Origin: Patescibacteria group bacterium | GTDB taxonomy: Bacteria; Patescibacteriota; Patescibacteriia; SG8-24; DYFX01 | DNA: 64,000 bases | Direction of reading: 5' to 3' | Assembly (NCBI GenBank): GCA_038062835.1 | Contig: JBBTWH010000005.1 | Location: 20,699-84,698, forward strand | Shown here: positions 1 to 9,256 of the stretch, one piece after another | How positions within the stretch are numbered: the first letter of the stretch is position 1 | Layout: every line of letters starts with the position of its first letter | The notes under the pieces: model-generated | Seen by the model: only the letters and a program-made list of their open reading frames with translations | Told to the model about the DNA's origin: nothing | Database searches by the model: none | Position numbers and translations under genes: made by a program

Positions 1-593
1 CCATCGGCAACATGGTCGTCGACATCGGCGGCGGCAAGACGGAAATCGCCGTCATCTCGCTGCGCGGCGTCGTCACCTGGAAGTCGCTCGCCGTCGCCGG
101 CGAGGAGATGAACAAGAACATCGTCCAGTACGCCCGCGACACCTTCAACCTGCTGTTGGGCGAGCATGCCGCCGAAATCATCAAATGCGCGATCGGATCG
201 GCCGCCGAACTCGAAGCGCCGCTCGAATACGAGATGCGCGGCCGCGACCTCCTGACCGGCTTGCCGAAGGAAATCATCGTCAACGACGCGCAGATCCGCG
301 AAGCCATCCACCGCTCGGTGCGCGCTGTCGTCGACAACATCAAGGCGACCCTCGAACAGACTCCCCCGGAACTCGTGGCCGACATCTACGAGCGCGGCAT
401 CGTGCTGACCGGCGGCGGCGCCCTTCTCAAGGAACTCGACAAGGTCATCTCCAAATCCGCCGAAATCCCGGTGCGTATCGCCGACGACCCGCTCACCTGC
501 GTCGTCCGCGGCACCGGCATGCTCCTCGATAGCCCGGAACTGCTCAAGACCATCGCTTTGCCATCGGCTTCCGAAGCCACCTCCAGGGTCTAA
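1..593 (+). CDS. mreB: Rod shape-determining protein MreB (actin-like ATPase), 5'-truncated at window edge
   Basis: Translation shows MreB C-terminal subdomains (DIGGG..., ...GIVLTGGGALL...PV..ADDPLTCVVRG). It is followed by mreC and mreD in the canonical order. Confidence 0.9.
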   Translation, partial: IGNMVVDIGGGKTEIAVISLRGVVTWKSLAVAGEEMNKNIVQYARDTFNLLLGEHAAEIIKCAIGSAAELEAPLEYEMRGRDLLTGLPKEIIVNDAQIREAIHRSVRAVVDNIKATLEQTPPELVADIYERGIVLTGGGALLKELDKVISKSAEIPVRIADDPLTCVVRGTGMLLDSPELLKTIALPSASEATSRV

Positions 594-602
594 GAAGGCC
601 GC

Positions 603-1403
603 ATGACGCCGCTCACGCGTTCCCGTCTGACGATCATGACCGTCGCCGCCGGCGGCCTCTTGTTCTTCCTGCACTTGCTCGGCGTCCTGTCCGAAGCGGA
701 GACCTGGATCATGCGGAAACTCTCGGGACAGGAAGCGGCACTGTCCGAGACGGCCGGCTCCATCCGCCAGACGGTCGGCGCCCCGTTCCGCGTCGGAGAG
801 ATCATCAAGGAGAACGAGCGGCTCCGGGCCGACAACGCCGCCCGCGACGTGGAGATCGCGCGGCTGACGTCCATCCGCGAGGAGAACGACGAGCTGCGCG
901 CCATCCTCGGGTTCGCGGAGAAGCGGACGACGGCCCCCGTCGTCGCGCGCGTGCTGGCGCGTACTCCGGAAGCCGGCACGCACACCATCCTCCTGGACCG
1001 CGGCTCCGACGACGGCGTGGCCGTCGAGATGCCGGTCATCGCCGCCGGCGGCGTCCTGATCGGCAAGATCTTCAAGGTGGATCGCGCCAGCTCCATCGCG
1101 CTTCTCCTGACGGACACGCGCAGCCGCGTGGGCGCATCCGTGCAGAACGCGGACCGCACCCAGGGGCTCGTCCAGGGCGAACGCGGCCTTGGCCTGGAGA
1201 TGCGCCTCATCCCGCAGAACGAGGAGATCAGGGTCGGGGACCTGATCGTCACTTCCGGCATCGAGCCGCTTACGCCCCAGGGTCTGGTGCTCGGGCGCGT
1301 CGAGGAGGTCCAGACGCAGGAGAAGAACCCGTTCAAGAAGGCGCTGATCGCGAGTCCGGTCGCGTTCGACCAGGTGAGCGTCGTCGCCATCCCGTTCCCA
1401 TAA
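603..1403 (+). CDS. mreC: Rod shape-determining protein MreC
   Basis: N-terminal TM and coiled-coil region followed by a beta-rich periplasmic domain. Position is between mreB and mreD. Confidence 0.75.
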   Translation: MTPLTRSRLTIMTVAAGGLLFFLHLLGVLSEAETWIMRKLSGQEAALSETAGSIRQTVGAPFRVGEIIKENERLRADNAARDVEIARLTSIREENDELRAILGFAEKRTTAPVVARVLARTPEAGTHTILLDRGSDDGVAVEMPVIAAGGVLIGKIFKVDRASSIALLLTDTRSRVGASVQNADRTQGLVQGERGLGLEMRLIPQNEEIRVGDLIVTSGIEPLTPQGLVLGRVEEVQTQEKNPFKKALIASPVAFDQVSVVAIPFP

Positions 1404-1406
1404 CGT

Positions 1407-1955
1407 ATGCTTCGAGCGCTCATCGTCATCGCGCTGGCCTTCGCGACCGCCGTCTTCCAAGCCTCGTTCTTGTCGCATCTTCCATTCCCTCTTTCCACGA
1501 TTTCGTTCCCGATGCTCGCCGTGGCCTACGGCATCGCCCATGACCGTCCGCTCTTGGCCGTCGGCTGGGCGCTCGTGGCCGGCGCGACGCTCGACCTGCA
1601 CGGAATGCTGGGTTTCGGTTCGGAGATCACGGCGCTCTTCGCCGCCTTCTTCGGCGCGCGTTTCCTCTTCCTGCGCGTGCTGACCAACGCCGGCGCGAGC
1701 GCGCGCTTCCTGCTCGCCGCGGCCGTCGCCATCGTCCACTGGTTCACGCTGGCCGCCATCGACGGCGCGCGCGTCATCTTCGGCGCCGTGCCGATCATCG
1801 TCGATCTCTCGGCCGCCTCCATCCTCGCTCCGCTCCGCCAGGCGCTGGTGAACGGCCTGCTGCTTCTGCTCGTCTTCGCCATCGAGAGCGCCGCCCGCCG
1901 GCGCTTCAGCCGTACGTTCCTCTCCCATGCCTCATCGCCGCACGCTTTTTCCTGA
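1407..1955 (+). CDS. mreD: Rod shape-determining protein MreD (polytopic membrane protein)
   Basis: Hydrophobic multi-TM protein of about 180 aa immediately after mreC. Overlaps the PBP2 start by 29 nt. Confidence 0.6.
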   Translation: MLRALIVIALAFATAVFQASFLSHLPFPLSTISFPMLAVAYGIAHDRPLLAVGWALVAGATLDLHGMLGFGSEITALFAAFFGARFLFLRVLTNAGASARFLLAAAVAIVHWFTLAAIDGARVIFGAVPIIVDLSAASILAPLRQALVNGLLLLLVFAIESAARRRFSRTFLSHASSPHAFS

Positions 1956-3942
1956 CGTCGATGGCGACGGCCACGGCTACGTCGATCAGGTCGTGCTGAC
2001 CATCGACGAGACCGCCGGCGGCCCCGTGACGGAACCGTCGGGCGACCATCCGCTCGGCCATCACGGCTACATCGGCACCTCCTTGTCGGCCAGGAAACTG
2101 GCCGTGTCTTTCGGCGTCTTCTTCCTGATGCTGGCCGGGCTGGCCGCGCGCGCCGGCTACCTCGACCTCCATAAGGGCGTGGAATACCGCTCGTTGGCCG
2201 AGGGCAACCGCCTGCGCATCGTCTCCGTGCCGGCCGAGCGCGGCGTCATCTACGACCGCAACGGCACGCTGCTCGTGCGCAACGTGCCGGACTTCACGCT
2301 GACCGTCACGCCCGCCGACATCCCGCGCGACGGCAAGGAACGAGCTGACCTCGTCGTGCGCATCGCCGAATCCGTCGGCGTCACGCCCGTCGACGTCGAG
2401 AAGGCGCTCCGCAACTATCCCTCGAACCTCGCTTCGGCCGTGCCGATCAAGGAGCACCTGGAGTACGAGCAGGCCGTGCGCCTCGACATCGCCTCAGGCC
2501 ACATGCCGGGCGTCTCGCTCAAGGCGGGCACCAAGCGCGAAATCCTGCTCCAGCCGGAAGGCGCGGATCGACCCATCATGAGCCTCTCGCACGTCATCGG
2601 CTACCAGGGCCGCGTCAACGAGGCGGAATACGCGCGCCTGCGCGAGACCGGCTACCTGCCGACCGACGCCATCGGCAAGACCGGCGTCGAATCGTCGTAC
2701 GAGACCCAGCTCCGCGGAACCTACGGCCGCAAGAAGGTCGAGGTCGACGTCCTTGGCCGCGAGCAGAAGATCATCGCTTCCGACGACCCGACGCAGGGGA
2801 TGGACCTGACGCTCTCGATCGACGCCAAGCTGCAGGCCGAAGCCGAGCGTTCGCTCAAGGCCTCCGCGGGCCTCAACGGCCGAGGCCGCGCCTCCGCCGT
2901 CGCGATGGACCCGAAGACGGGAGAGATCCTCGCGCTCGTCAGCCTTCCAGGCTATGACGCCAACGTATTCGCGCGCGGCATCAGCGCGAAAGAATATCGA
3001 ACCCTGCTTGAGGACCCCAACCAGCCGCTCTATCCGCGCGCCGTCTCCGGCCTCTTCCCGCCTGGTTCGACCGCCAAGCTGATGGTCGCCGCCGCCGCGC
3101 TGGCCGAGGAGGTCGTCTCGCTCGGCACGACCGTGCGCTCGACCGGCGGCATCCGCTACGGCGCCTGGTTCTTCCCGGACTGGAAACCAGGGGGCCACGG
3201 GACGACGAACGTCATCAAGGCCATCGCCGAGTCGGTCAACACCTTCTTCTACGCCGTCGGCGGCGGCTGGGAGCACATCGAGGGCCTCGGCGTCGCCAGG
3301 CTCGGGGAGTACTACCGGAAGTTCGGAGTCGGCGCGCGGCTCGGCATCGACCTGCCCGGCGAGGGCAAAGGCTTCGTGCCCGACGAGGCCTGGAAGGAGC
3401 GCGTGAAGGAAGAACCCTGGTACATCGGCGACACCTACCATGTCTCGATCGGACAGGGCGACCTCCTCTCGACGCCGCTCCAGGTCGCCGCCTGGACCGC
3501 CGTCTTCGCCAACGGGGGAGCCCTCGTACGGCCGCACGTGGTCAAGCAGGTGCGCTCGAACAGGACCATCGAACGCGTCGAGCCGGAGCCCGTCACGCGG
3601 CAGGTCGTCTCGCAGGAAGTCGTCGACATCGTCCGCCGCGGCATGCGCGAGACGGTGCTTTCCGGTTCCGCCCGCAGCCTGCAATCGTCGCCGTGGCCCA
3701 TGGCCGGCAAGACCGGCACCGCCCAGTGGCGGGAGGGGGAGCCGACGCATGCCTGGTTCACCGGCTTCGCTCCATATGACGACCCGCGAATCGTCGTGAC
3801 GGTCCTGATCGAGGCCGGCGGCGAAGGCTCGCGCGCCGCGACGCCGGTCGCCCGCGACATCATGGAAGCTTGGCTGCGGCCCAGGAATGATGCGGTTCCG
3901 GCCGCCGAACCGGTTGACGCGTCGACTTCGACGAGGCTATGA
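1927..3942 (+). CDS. mrdA: Penicillin-binding protein 2 (peptidoglycan D,D-transpeptidase, elongasome)
   Basis: Transpeptidase motifs STAKL (SxxK), SIGQG-like and KTGTA are present. N-terminal membrane anchor. Follows mreBCD. Confidence 0.85.
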   Translation: MPHRRTLFPDVDGDGHGYVDQVVLTIDETAGGPVTEPSGDHPLGHHGYIGTSLSARKLAVSFGVFFLMLAGLAARAGYLDLHKGVEYRSLAEGNRLRIVSVPAERGVIYDRNGTLLVRNVPDFTLTVTPADIPRDGKERADLVVRIAESVGVTPVDVEKALRNYPSNLASAVPIKEHLEYEQAVRLDIASGHMPGVSLKAGTKREILLQPEGADRPIMSLSHVIGYQGRVNEAEYARLRETGYLPTDAIGKTGVESSYETQLRGTYGRKKVEVDVLGREQKIIASDDPTQGMDLTLSIDAKLQAEAERSLKASAGLNGRGRASAVAMDPKTGEILALVSLPGYDANVFARGISAKEYRTLLEDPNQPLYPRAVSGLFPPGSTAKLMVAAAALAEEVVSLGTTVRSTGGIRYGAWFFPDWKPGGHGTTNVIKAIAESVNTFFYAVGGGWEHIEGLGVARLGEYYRKFGVGARLGIDLPGEGKGFVPDEAWKERVKEEPWYIGDTYHVSIGQGDLLSTPLQVAAWTAVFANGGALVRPHVVKQVRSNRTIERVEPEPVTRQVVSQEVVDIVRRGMRETVLSGSARSLQSSPWPMAGKTGTAQWREGEPTHAWFTGFAPYDDPRIVVTVLIEAGGEGSRAATPVARDIMEAWLRPRNDAVPAAEPVDASTSTRL

Positions 3943-4436
3943 TGGCCAGAGCGATCGATGAATCGATCGTCTTTATGTCGTCCTACGCCACCACGAAAGA
4001 AGGGCTCAAGAAGCTGAAAGCGGAGCTGGACGAACTGAAAAGCGTCCGTCGTCTTGAGATCGCCGACCGCATCGCAAAAGCCAAGGAACACGGCGACCTC
4101 TCCGAGAACGCCGAATACCACGACGCCAAGGACGCCATGGCGTTCCTGGAAGGCCGCATCAGCGAACTTACCGATTTCATCACCAAAGCCGTCGTGACCG
4201 AGCCGACCTCGACGGAGTTCGTGAACATCGGATGCAGGGTACGCTGCGAGGCCGGCGACAAGAAGAAGGAGTATCACATCGTCGGTCCGAAGGAGTCCGA
4301 TCCCGGCGCCGGCAAGATCTCCAACGACTCTCCGCTCGGCATCGCTCTCCTCGGCCGCAAGAAAGGCGAGGCCTTCGAATACATGCTGCCGAACGGCGCC
4401 AAGACCGCCTACAGGATCATCGATATCAGCTGCTGA
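3939..4436 (+). CDS. greA: Transcription elongation factor GreA
   Basis: GreA coiled-coil and FKBP-like domain signature (GDLSENAEYHDAKD ...). Size 165 aa. Confidence 0.9.
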   Translation: MMARAIDESIVFMSSYATTKEGLKKLKAELDELKSVRRLEIADRIAKAKEHGDLSENAEYHDAKDAMAFLEGRISELTDFITKAVVTEPTSTEFVNIGCRVRCEAGDKKKEYHIVGPKESDPGAGKISNDSPLGIALLGRKKGEAFEYMLPNGAKTAYRIIDISC

Positions 4437-4437
4437 T

Positions 4438-5928
4438 ATGCTTGAAGAGGAAATCGTCCGCCGCGAAAAGGCCGCCAAGCTCCGTGAAGCCGGCATCGAC
4501 CCGTATCCGCCCGCGACCGCCCGCGACGCCACCTGCGCCGAGGCGGTTTCGCGTTTCGACGCCTGGGGTGCCGAAGGGAAATCCATCACGCTGGCCGGGC
4601 GCCTCCGCTCCATCCGCGCCCACGGCGGCGCGGCCTTCGCCGACCTGACCGACGAATCCGGCAAACTCCAGCTCCACATCAAGAGCGACGTCATCGGCGT
4701 CCCTTCATTCGAGCTGTTCGCGGAGATGATCGACCTCGGCGACTTCATCGAGGTCAGCGGCACGCTCTTCATCACCAAACGCGGCGAGAAGACGCTGGAA
4801 GTCAAATCCTGGCGCTTGCTCGCCAAGGCTCTCCTGCCGCTTCCGGAAAAGTGGCACGGCCTCTCCGACGTCGAAGTCCGCTATCGCAAGCGCCATCTCG
4901 ACCTCGTCGCCAACGAGGAAGTGCGCAACACCTTCCGCACGCGCAGCCGCATCGTCCAGGCCATCCGCGAGGTCCTGCATCGCGAAGGCTTCATGGAAGT
5001 CGAGACGCCCATCCTGCAGACGCAGGCCGGCGGCGCTTCGGCGCGTCCGTTCGTCACGCACCACAACGCGCTCGACCTCGACCTCCAGCTCCGCATCGCG
5101 CCGGAGCTCCACCTGAAGCGCCTCATCGTCGGCGGCTTCGAGAAGGTCTTCGAGGTGGCGCGCTGCTTCCGCAACGAAGGCATCAGTTTCCAGCACAATC
5201 CCGAATTCACCCAGGTCGAGTTCTACTGGGCCTATGCCACCTACGAGGACCTGATGGCGCTCACCGAGCGGATGCTTTCCGAGATCGTCACCAAAGCGCT
5301 CGGCCGCGCGACCGTCGAACGCGATGGCGTCACGCTCGATTTTTCCGGCCCGTTCCCGCGCCGCAAGTTCTACGACCTCGTGAAGGAAAGCACCGGCATC
5401 GATCTCGAGAAGGTCCGCACGGAAGCCGACCTGAGGGACGCCATGGAAGAGAAGAAGCTCAAGATCGACCTCGACGGCCTCTTCGGCTTCGGCGAGATGG
5501 TCGACGCGCTCTACAAGGTATACGTCCGCCCCAAGATCGTCCAGCCGACCTTCGTCATCGACTATCCGGCCGAGATGATCCCGCTCGCCAAGCGCAAGCC
5601 CGACGAGCCGGACCGCATCGCCACCGTGCAGCTGCTCGTCCAGGGCATCGAGGTCACCAAGGCCTACAACGAGCTGAACGATCCGCTCGAACAGGAAGCG
5701 CGCTTCGCCGAGGAGGCCAAGAAGAAGGAAGCCGGTTCCGGCGAGGCCATGCCCGCTGACGCCGATTTCGTCGAGGCCCTGAAGTACGGCATGCCGCCCA
5801 CGGCCGGTTTCGGCATGGGCATCGACCGCCTGACCGCGCTTCTCACCGGCGCGCACTCCATCAAGGAAGTCATCCTCTTCCCGACGCTCCGTCCTGAGCA
5901 GGAATCGCAAGAAGATGCCCAGAGTTAA
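4438..5928 (+). CDS. lysS: Lysyl-tRNA synthetase (class II)
   Basis: N-terminal OB anticodon-binding domain plus class II core motifs (motif 2 FRNEG..., motif 3 GMGIDRL). 496 aa. Confidence 0.95.
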   Translation: MLEEEIVRREKAAKLREAGIDPYPPATARDATCAEAVSRFDAWGAEGKSITLAGRLRSIRAHGGAAFADLTDESGKLQLHIKSDVIGVPSFELFAEMIDLGDFIEVSGTLFITKRGEKTLEVKSWRLLAKALLPLPEKWHGLSDVEVRYRKRHLDLVANEEVRNTFRTRSRIVQAIREVLHREGFMEVETPILQTQAGGASARPFVTHHNALDLDLQLRIAPELHLKRLIVGGFEKVFEVARCFRNEGISFQHNPEFTQVEFYWAYATYEDLMALTERMLSEIVTKALGRATVERDGVTLDFSGPFPRRKFYDLVKESTGIDLEKVRTEADLRDAMEEKKLKIDLDGLFGFGEMVDALYKVYVRPKIVQPTFVIDYPAEMIPLAKRKPDEPDRIATVQLLVQGIEVTKAYNELNDPLEQEARFAEEAKKKEAGSGEAMPADADFVEALKYGMPPTAGFGMGIDRLTALLTGAHSIKEVILFPTLRPEQESQEDAQS

Positions 5929-6793
5929 GACGCTGGTCACGCACGTCATCCCGCATCTCGACGACATCGCCGCGCTGTGGCTGCTTGTCCGGTTCGATCC
6001 GTCCGCGAAGAAGGCGCCGCTCAAGTTCGTCGAGACGTCGCCCGAGGGCGTGAAGCTCGCGAAGGGCGAAGTCGGCGTCGGCGTGGGGCGCGGACGCTAC
6101 GACGAGCATAAGGGCGACTTAAAGGACAGCGCGGTGAGCCTCGTCTGGAAGGACCTGAAGCGCCGCGGCCTTACGCCCGTTTCGCACCGGGGTGCCGCGC
6201 TCGCCGCGCTCGTCGATTTCGTGCGCCGCGGCGACATGGGCGAATACATCGGCAAGGAAGGTCCTGGCATCGCCACGGCCACGACGCTGCGCGCGCTCGC
6301 CAAGCTTCCCGGCGAGAGTTCGAAAAGCGCCACGCTCGTCGGCTTCCGCCTGCTCGACGCCGAACTCGTCCTCTACGAGGAGCGCGCCAAGATCGACGCC
6401 GCCCTCGCGCGCGGGAAGAAGTTCACGACGAAGTGGGGGAGGGGCGTCGGCATCTCGGTCGAAGCCGTCCCCGGCATGGTCTCCGGCCGCATCGCGGAAC
6501 TCGGCTATGCCATGGTCGTCCTGCATTACTCCAAGACCGGCTTCCTGCACGTGCGCGCCACGCCCGGCACGAAGGTCGACCTCTCGAAGCTCGCCAAGCA
6601 GGTGATGAAGGAAGAGCCGCAGGCGCGCTGGTACCTTCACCATTCCAAGAAGATGCTCTTGCAAGGGGATTGGGTCGCGCCGGTCACGACGCGTTCGAAG
6701 TACGGCGTCAAGGAGATGATCACGCTGATCGCCCGTTTATATCCTCCCCTTAAGGTAAGGGGAGGCAGGAGGGGTTATGCACGACTCCGATAA
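5915..6793 (+). CDS. MYG1/UPF0160-family metal-dependent hydrolase-like protein
   Basis: N-terminal THVIPHLDDIAALWLL and GVGVGRGRYDEHKGD resemble the MYG1 HxxxFHCDEALA and VDVGGEYDP..HRYDHH metal-binding motifs. Family assignment is by memory only. Confidence 0.4.
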   Translation: MPRVKTLVTHVIPHLDDIAALWLLVRFDPSAKKAPLKFVETSPEGVKLAKGEVGVGVGRGRYDEHKGDLKDSAVSLVWKDLKRRGLTPVSHRGAALAALVDFVRRGDMGEYIGKEGPGIATATTLRALAKLPGESSKSATLVGFRLLDAELVLYEERAKIDAALARGKKFTTKWGRGVGISVEAVPGMVSGRIAELGYAMVVLHYSKTGFLHVRATPGTKVDLSKLAKQVMKEEPQARWYLHHSKKMLLQGDWVAPVTTRSKYGVKEMITLIARLYPPLKVRGGRRGYARLR

Positions 6794-7262
6794 CTCCCCC
6801 TTGCCCCCTCTTGCTTCAAGAGGGGGGACCAAAAAGTCCATCGCCTTCGGCACCTTCGACGGCTTCCATCCCGGCCACAAGCACTATCTCGACGAAGCCG
6901 CCTCCTATGGCGACCTGACCGTCGTCGTCGGCCGCGACGCCACCGTCTACAAAGTGAAGGGCCGACTGCCGATCCGAAACGAGGACGAGCGCCTCGCCGC
7001 CTTGAAGAAGGCCGGCTATGACGCCCGGCTCGGTTCGCTGACCGACCGCTACGCCGTCTTGGCCGAACTCCGGCCCGATTTCATCTGCCTCGGCTACGAC
7101 CAGCAGGCCTTCACCGGTAAGCTCGACCAGGCCTGTTCAGCCATCGATTTGTCCGCTACCATCGTGCGCATAGGGGCCTATAAGCCCGAAACGTATAAGT
7201 CCTCCCTGCTCGACCGCCATGAAGCTCCTGATCGGGACGTCCAACCCGGGAAAAGCCGCTGA
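6777..7262 (+). CDS. Cytidylyltransferase-like nucleotidyltransferase (FAD synthetase RibL / CTP:glycerol-3-phosphate cytidylyltransferase-like fold)
   Basis: GTFDGFHPGH nucleotidyltransferase (H/T)xGH motif near the N-terminus. About 160 aa. SD AGGAGGGG precedes the ATG. Confidence 0.5.
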   Translation: MHDSDNSPLPPLASRGGTKKSIAFGTFDGFHPGHKHYLDEAASYGDLTVVVGRDATVYKVKGRLPIRNEDERLAALKKAGYDARLGSLTDRYAVLAELRPDFICLGYDQQAFTGKLDQACSAIDLSATIVRIGAYKPETYKSSLLDRHEAPDRDVQPGKSR

Positions 7263-7830
7263 ACTCGCCGGATACGTGGGCGAGCTCGGCTTCGAGATCG
7301 TCACCTTGGCGGACCTCGGCATCGCTTCCGTGGAGGAGACGGGGGAGACCTTCGAGGAGAACGCGGTCCTGAAAGCCAAGGCCTACGCCGCCGCCTCCGG
7401 CCTCCCGACCCTGGCCGATGACGCGGGGCTCGAGGTCGACGTCCTGGGCGGCGCTCCGGGCGTACGCACCCATCGCTGGCTCGGCGAAGACGTCACCGAC
7501 CTCAAGCTGTTCTTCGCCATCCTCGACAAGATGCGCGGCGTGCCGATGCCGAAGCGTTCCGCGCGTCTCAAGGTCGTCCTGGCGCTGGCGACGCCTGGCG
7601 GGAACGTCGTGACGGTCGCCCGCGCGGCCGAAGGCAAGATCGTCGAGGAGCAGGACGCGCGGCCGGACAAAATCCCGCCGGGCTACCCGTTCAAGAGCCT
7701 GCTCATGCTCGACGCCGTCGGCAAGCTCTACTGCGACCTGACTGAGGAAGAGCATCTCGCCATCAATCACCGACGCCTCGCGGTCCAGGACCTCCTGCCG
7801 CATCTCGAAGCCATCGCTCAACACGCCTGA
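7219..7830 (+). CDS. rdgB: Non-canonical purine NTP pyrophosphatase (RdgB/Ham1 family)
   Basis: MKLLIGTSNPGK... Ham1-family N-terminus, about 200 aa. Overlaps the upstream ORF by 44 nt. Confidence 0.8.
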   Translation: MKLLIGTSNPGKAAELAGYVGELGFEIVTLADLGIASVEETGETFEENAVLKAKAYAAASGLPTLADDAGLEVDVLGGAPGVRTHRWLGEDVTDLKLFFAILDKMRGVPMPKRSARLKVVLALATPGGNVVTVARAAEGKIVEEQDARPDKIPPGYPFKSLLMLDAVGKLYCDLTEEEHLAINHRRLAVQDLLPHLEAIAQHA

Positions 7831-7831
7831 T

Positions 7832-9145
7832 ATGCTGGACATCAATCTCATCCGGGAGCATCCCGAGCTCGTGAAGAAAGGCGCGGCCGCCAAGCGGTCC
7901 GACGTCGATATCGACAAGCTCCTGTACGCCGACGAACAGCGCCGCAAGCTCATCGGACAGATCCAGGAATTCCGCGCCGCGCAGAACGTGGCCGGGGAGC
8001 GCATCGCCAAGGAGGCGGACAAGGACGCCAAGACGAAAGCCGTCGAGGAGATGCGCGAGCTGAAGGAGAAGATGAAGACGCTCGAGGCCGAGCTGGCGGA
8101 GGCGGAAACGACCCTCCACGCGCTCTTGTCGCTCCTCCCGAACATGCCGTCGGACGACACGCCGGTCGGTCCGGACGAATCCGGCAACGTCGTCATCCGC
8201 ACGGTGGGGGAGCCGACGAAATTCGATTTCAAACCCAAGGACCACGTCGAGCTCGGCGAGGCGCTCGGCCTCATCGACAACGAGACGGGCTCCGAAGTCG
8301 CCGGCGCGCGTTTCACCTACATCAAGGGCGACCTGGCGCTCCTGCAGAACGCCCTGCACCAACTGGCGCTTTCGATCCTCACGGACGAGGCTTCGCTTTC
8401 GGCCGTCATCAAGGAAGCCGGCCTGGACGTGCCGGCCACGCCGTTCGTGCCGGTCATCCCGCCGCTGATGATCAAGCCGGAAGTCTTCCAGCGCATGGCG
8501 CGCCTCGAACCGCGCGAGGAGCGCTATCACATCCCGTCCGATGACCTCTTCCTGATCGGCAGCGCGGAACACACGCTCGGTCCCATCCACATGGACGAGA
8601 CCTTCGCCGAGAAAGATCTGCCGCGCCGCTACGTCGCCTACACGCCCGCCTTCCGCCGCGAGGCCGGTTCCTACGGCAAGGACACGAAGGGTATCCTGCG
8701 TCTTCACCAGTTCGACAAGATCGAGATGGAATCGTTCTCGCTGCCGGAACAGTCTCGCGCCGAGCAGGATCTCTTCGTCGCCATCCAGGAACACATCCTC
8801 AAGATCCTCGGCGTGCCGTATCAGGCCGTGCAGGTCTGCACCGGCGACATGGGCGGACCGGATTCCCGCCAGATCGACCTCGAATCGTGGATGCCAGGCC
8901 AGGACAAATACCGCGAGACGCACACCGCTGACCTGATGACCGACTACCAGGCGCGCAGGCTGAACACGCGCGTCCGCCGCGACGGAGGCGAGATGCAGTT
9001 CGTGCATATGAACGACGCCACCTGCATCGCCATGGGCCGCCTGCTCATCGCCATCATGGAGAACTTCCAGGAAGCCGACGGCACCATCCGCATCCCGAAG
9101 GTCCTCCAGACCTGGATGGGAGGGAGGACGCATATCGGAAAGTGA
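7832..9145 (+). CDS. serS: Seryl-tRNA synthetase
   Basis: N-terminal coiled-coil arm plus class II catalytic core. 437 aa. Confidence 0.95.
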   Translation: MLDINLIREHPELVKKGAAAKRSDVDIDKLLYADEQRRKLIGQIQEFRAAQNVAGERIAKEADKDAKTKAVEEMRELKEKMKTLEAELAEAETTLHALLSLLPNMPSDDTPVGPDESGNVVIRTVGEPTKFDFKPKDHVELGEALGLIDNETGSEVAGARFTYIKGDLALLQNALHQLALSILTDEASLSAVIKEAGLDVPATPFVPVIPPLMIKPEVFQRMARLEPREERYHIPSDDLFLIGSAEHTLGPIHMDETFAEKDLPRRYVAYTPAFRREAGSYGKDTKGILRLHQFDKIEMESFSLPEQSRAEQDLFVAIQEHILKILGVPYQAVQVCTGDMGGPDSRQIDLESWMPGQDKYRETHTADLMTDYQARRLNTRVRRDGGEMQFVHMNDATCIAMGRLLIAIMENFQEADGTIRIPKVLQTWMGGRTHIGK

Positions 9146-9152
9146 AGAGGGG

Positions 9153-9240
9153 CGGCAGCCAGGCCCCCGTTCGCTGGCGCCGGGAAAGAGGTACGTCACT
9201 GTTTTGAACGGACGCTGCGCTCACGGGGGCCTGGCTGCCG
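9153..9240 (+). repeat. Structured intergenic hairpin element, family A copy 1 (candidate cis-regulatory RNA or sRNA)
   Basis: 17-bp perfect inverted repeat cggcagccaggcccccg / cgggggcctggctgccg flanks a 54-nt core TTCGCTGGCGCCGGGA...GAACGGACGCTGCGC. The same core occurs again at 28314-28400 with different flanks. It ends about 16 nt before the alr start. Confidence 0.5.
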
Positions 9241-9256
9241 AAAAAGGGGAGAACGG

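Noticed and set aside
590-6024. Long minus-strand ORFs (590-1498, 2494-3750, 3435-4826, 4705-6024) antisense to mreC, PBP2, greA and lysS.
   Set aside because: They are shadow ORFs typical of high-GC DNA. Their translations are Arg/Ala/Pro/Gly-rich low-complexity sequence with no motifs, and they fully overlap confidently identified genes on the other strand. The same applies to 7763-9199(-), 21601-22605(-), 22627-23292(-), 55188-56873(+), 58443-60809(+), 50160-51917(+), 46129-46761(+) and similar.
6746-6762. Hairpin ccccttA-agg-Taagggg just upstream of the SD of the 6777 gene.
   Set aside because: It lies inside the C-terminal coding region of the MYG1-like gene and has no T-run. It is probably incidental, or at most a weak translational-coupling structure.
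7219-7262. 44-nt overlap between the nucleotidyltransferase-like ORF and rdgB as a sign of a frameshift or pseudogene.
   Set aside because: Both frames are open and each protein has its family N- or C-terminus intact. Overlaps of this size occur in compact genomes. With no read data there is no basis to call an error.
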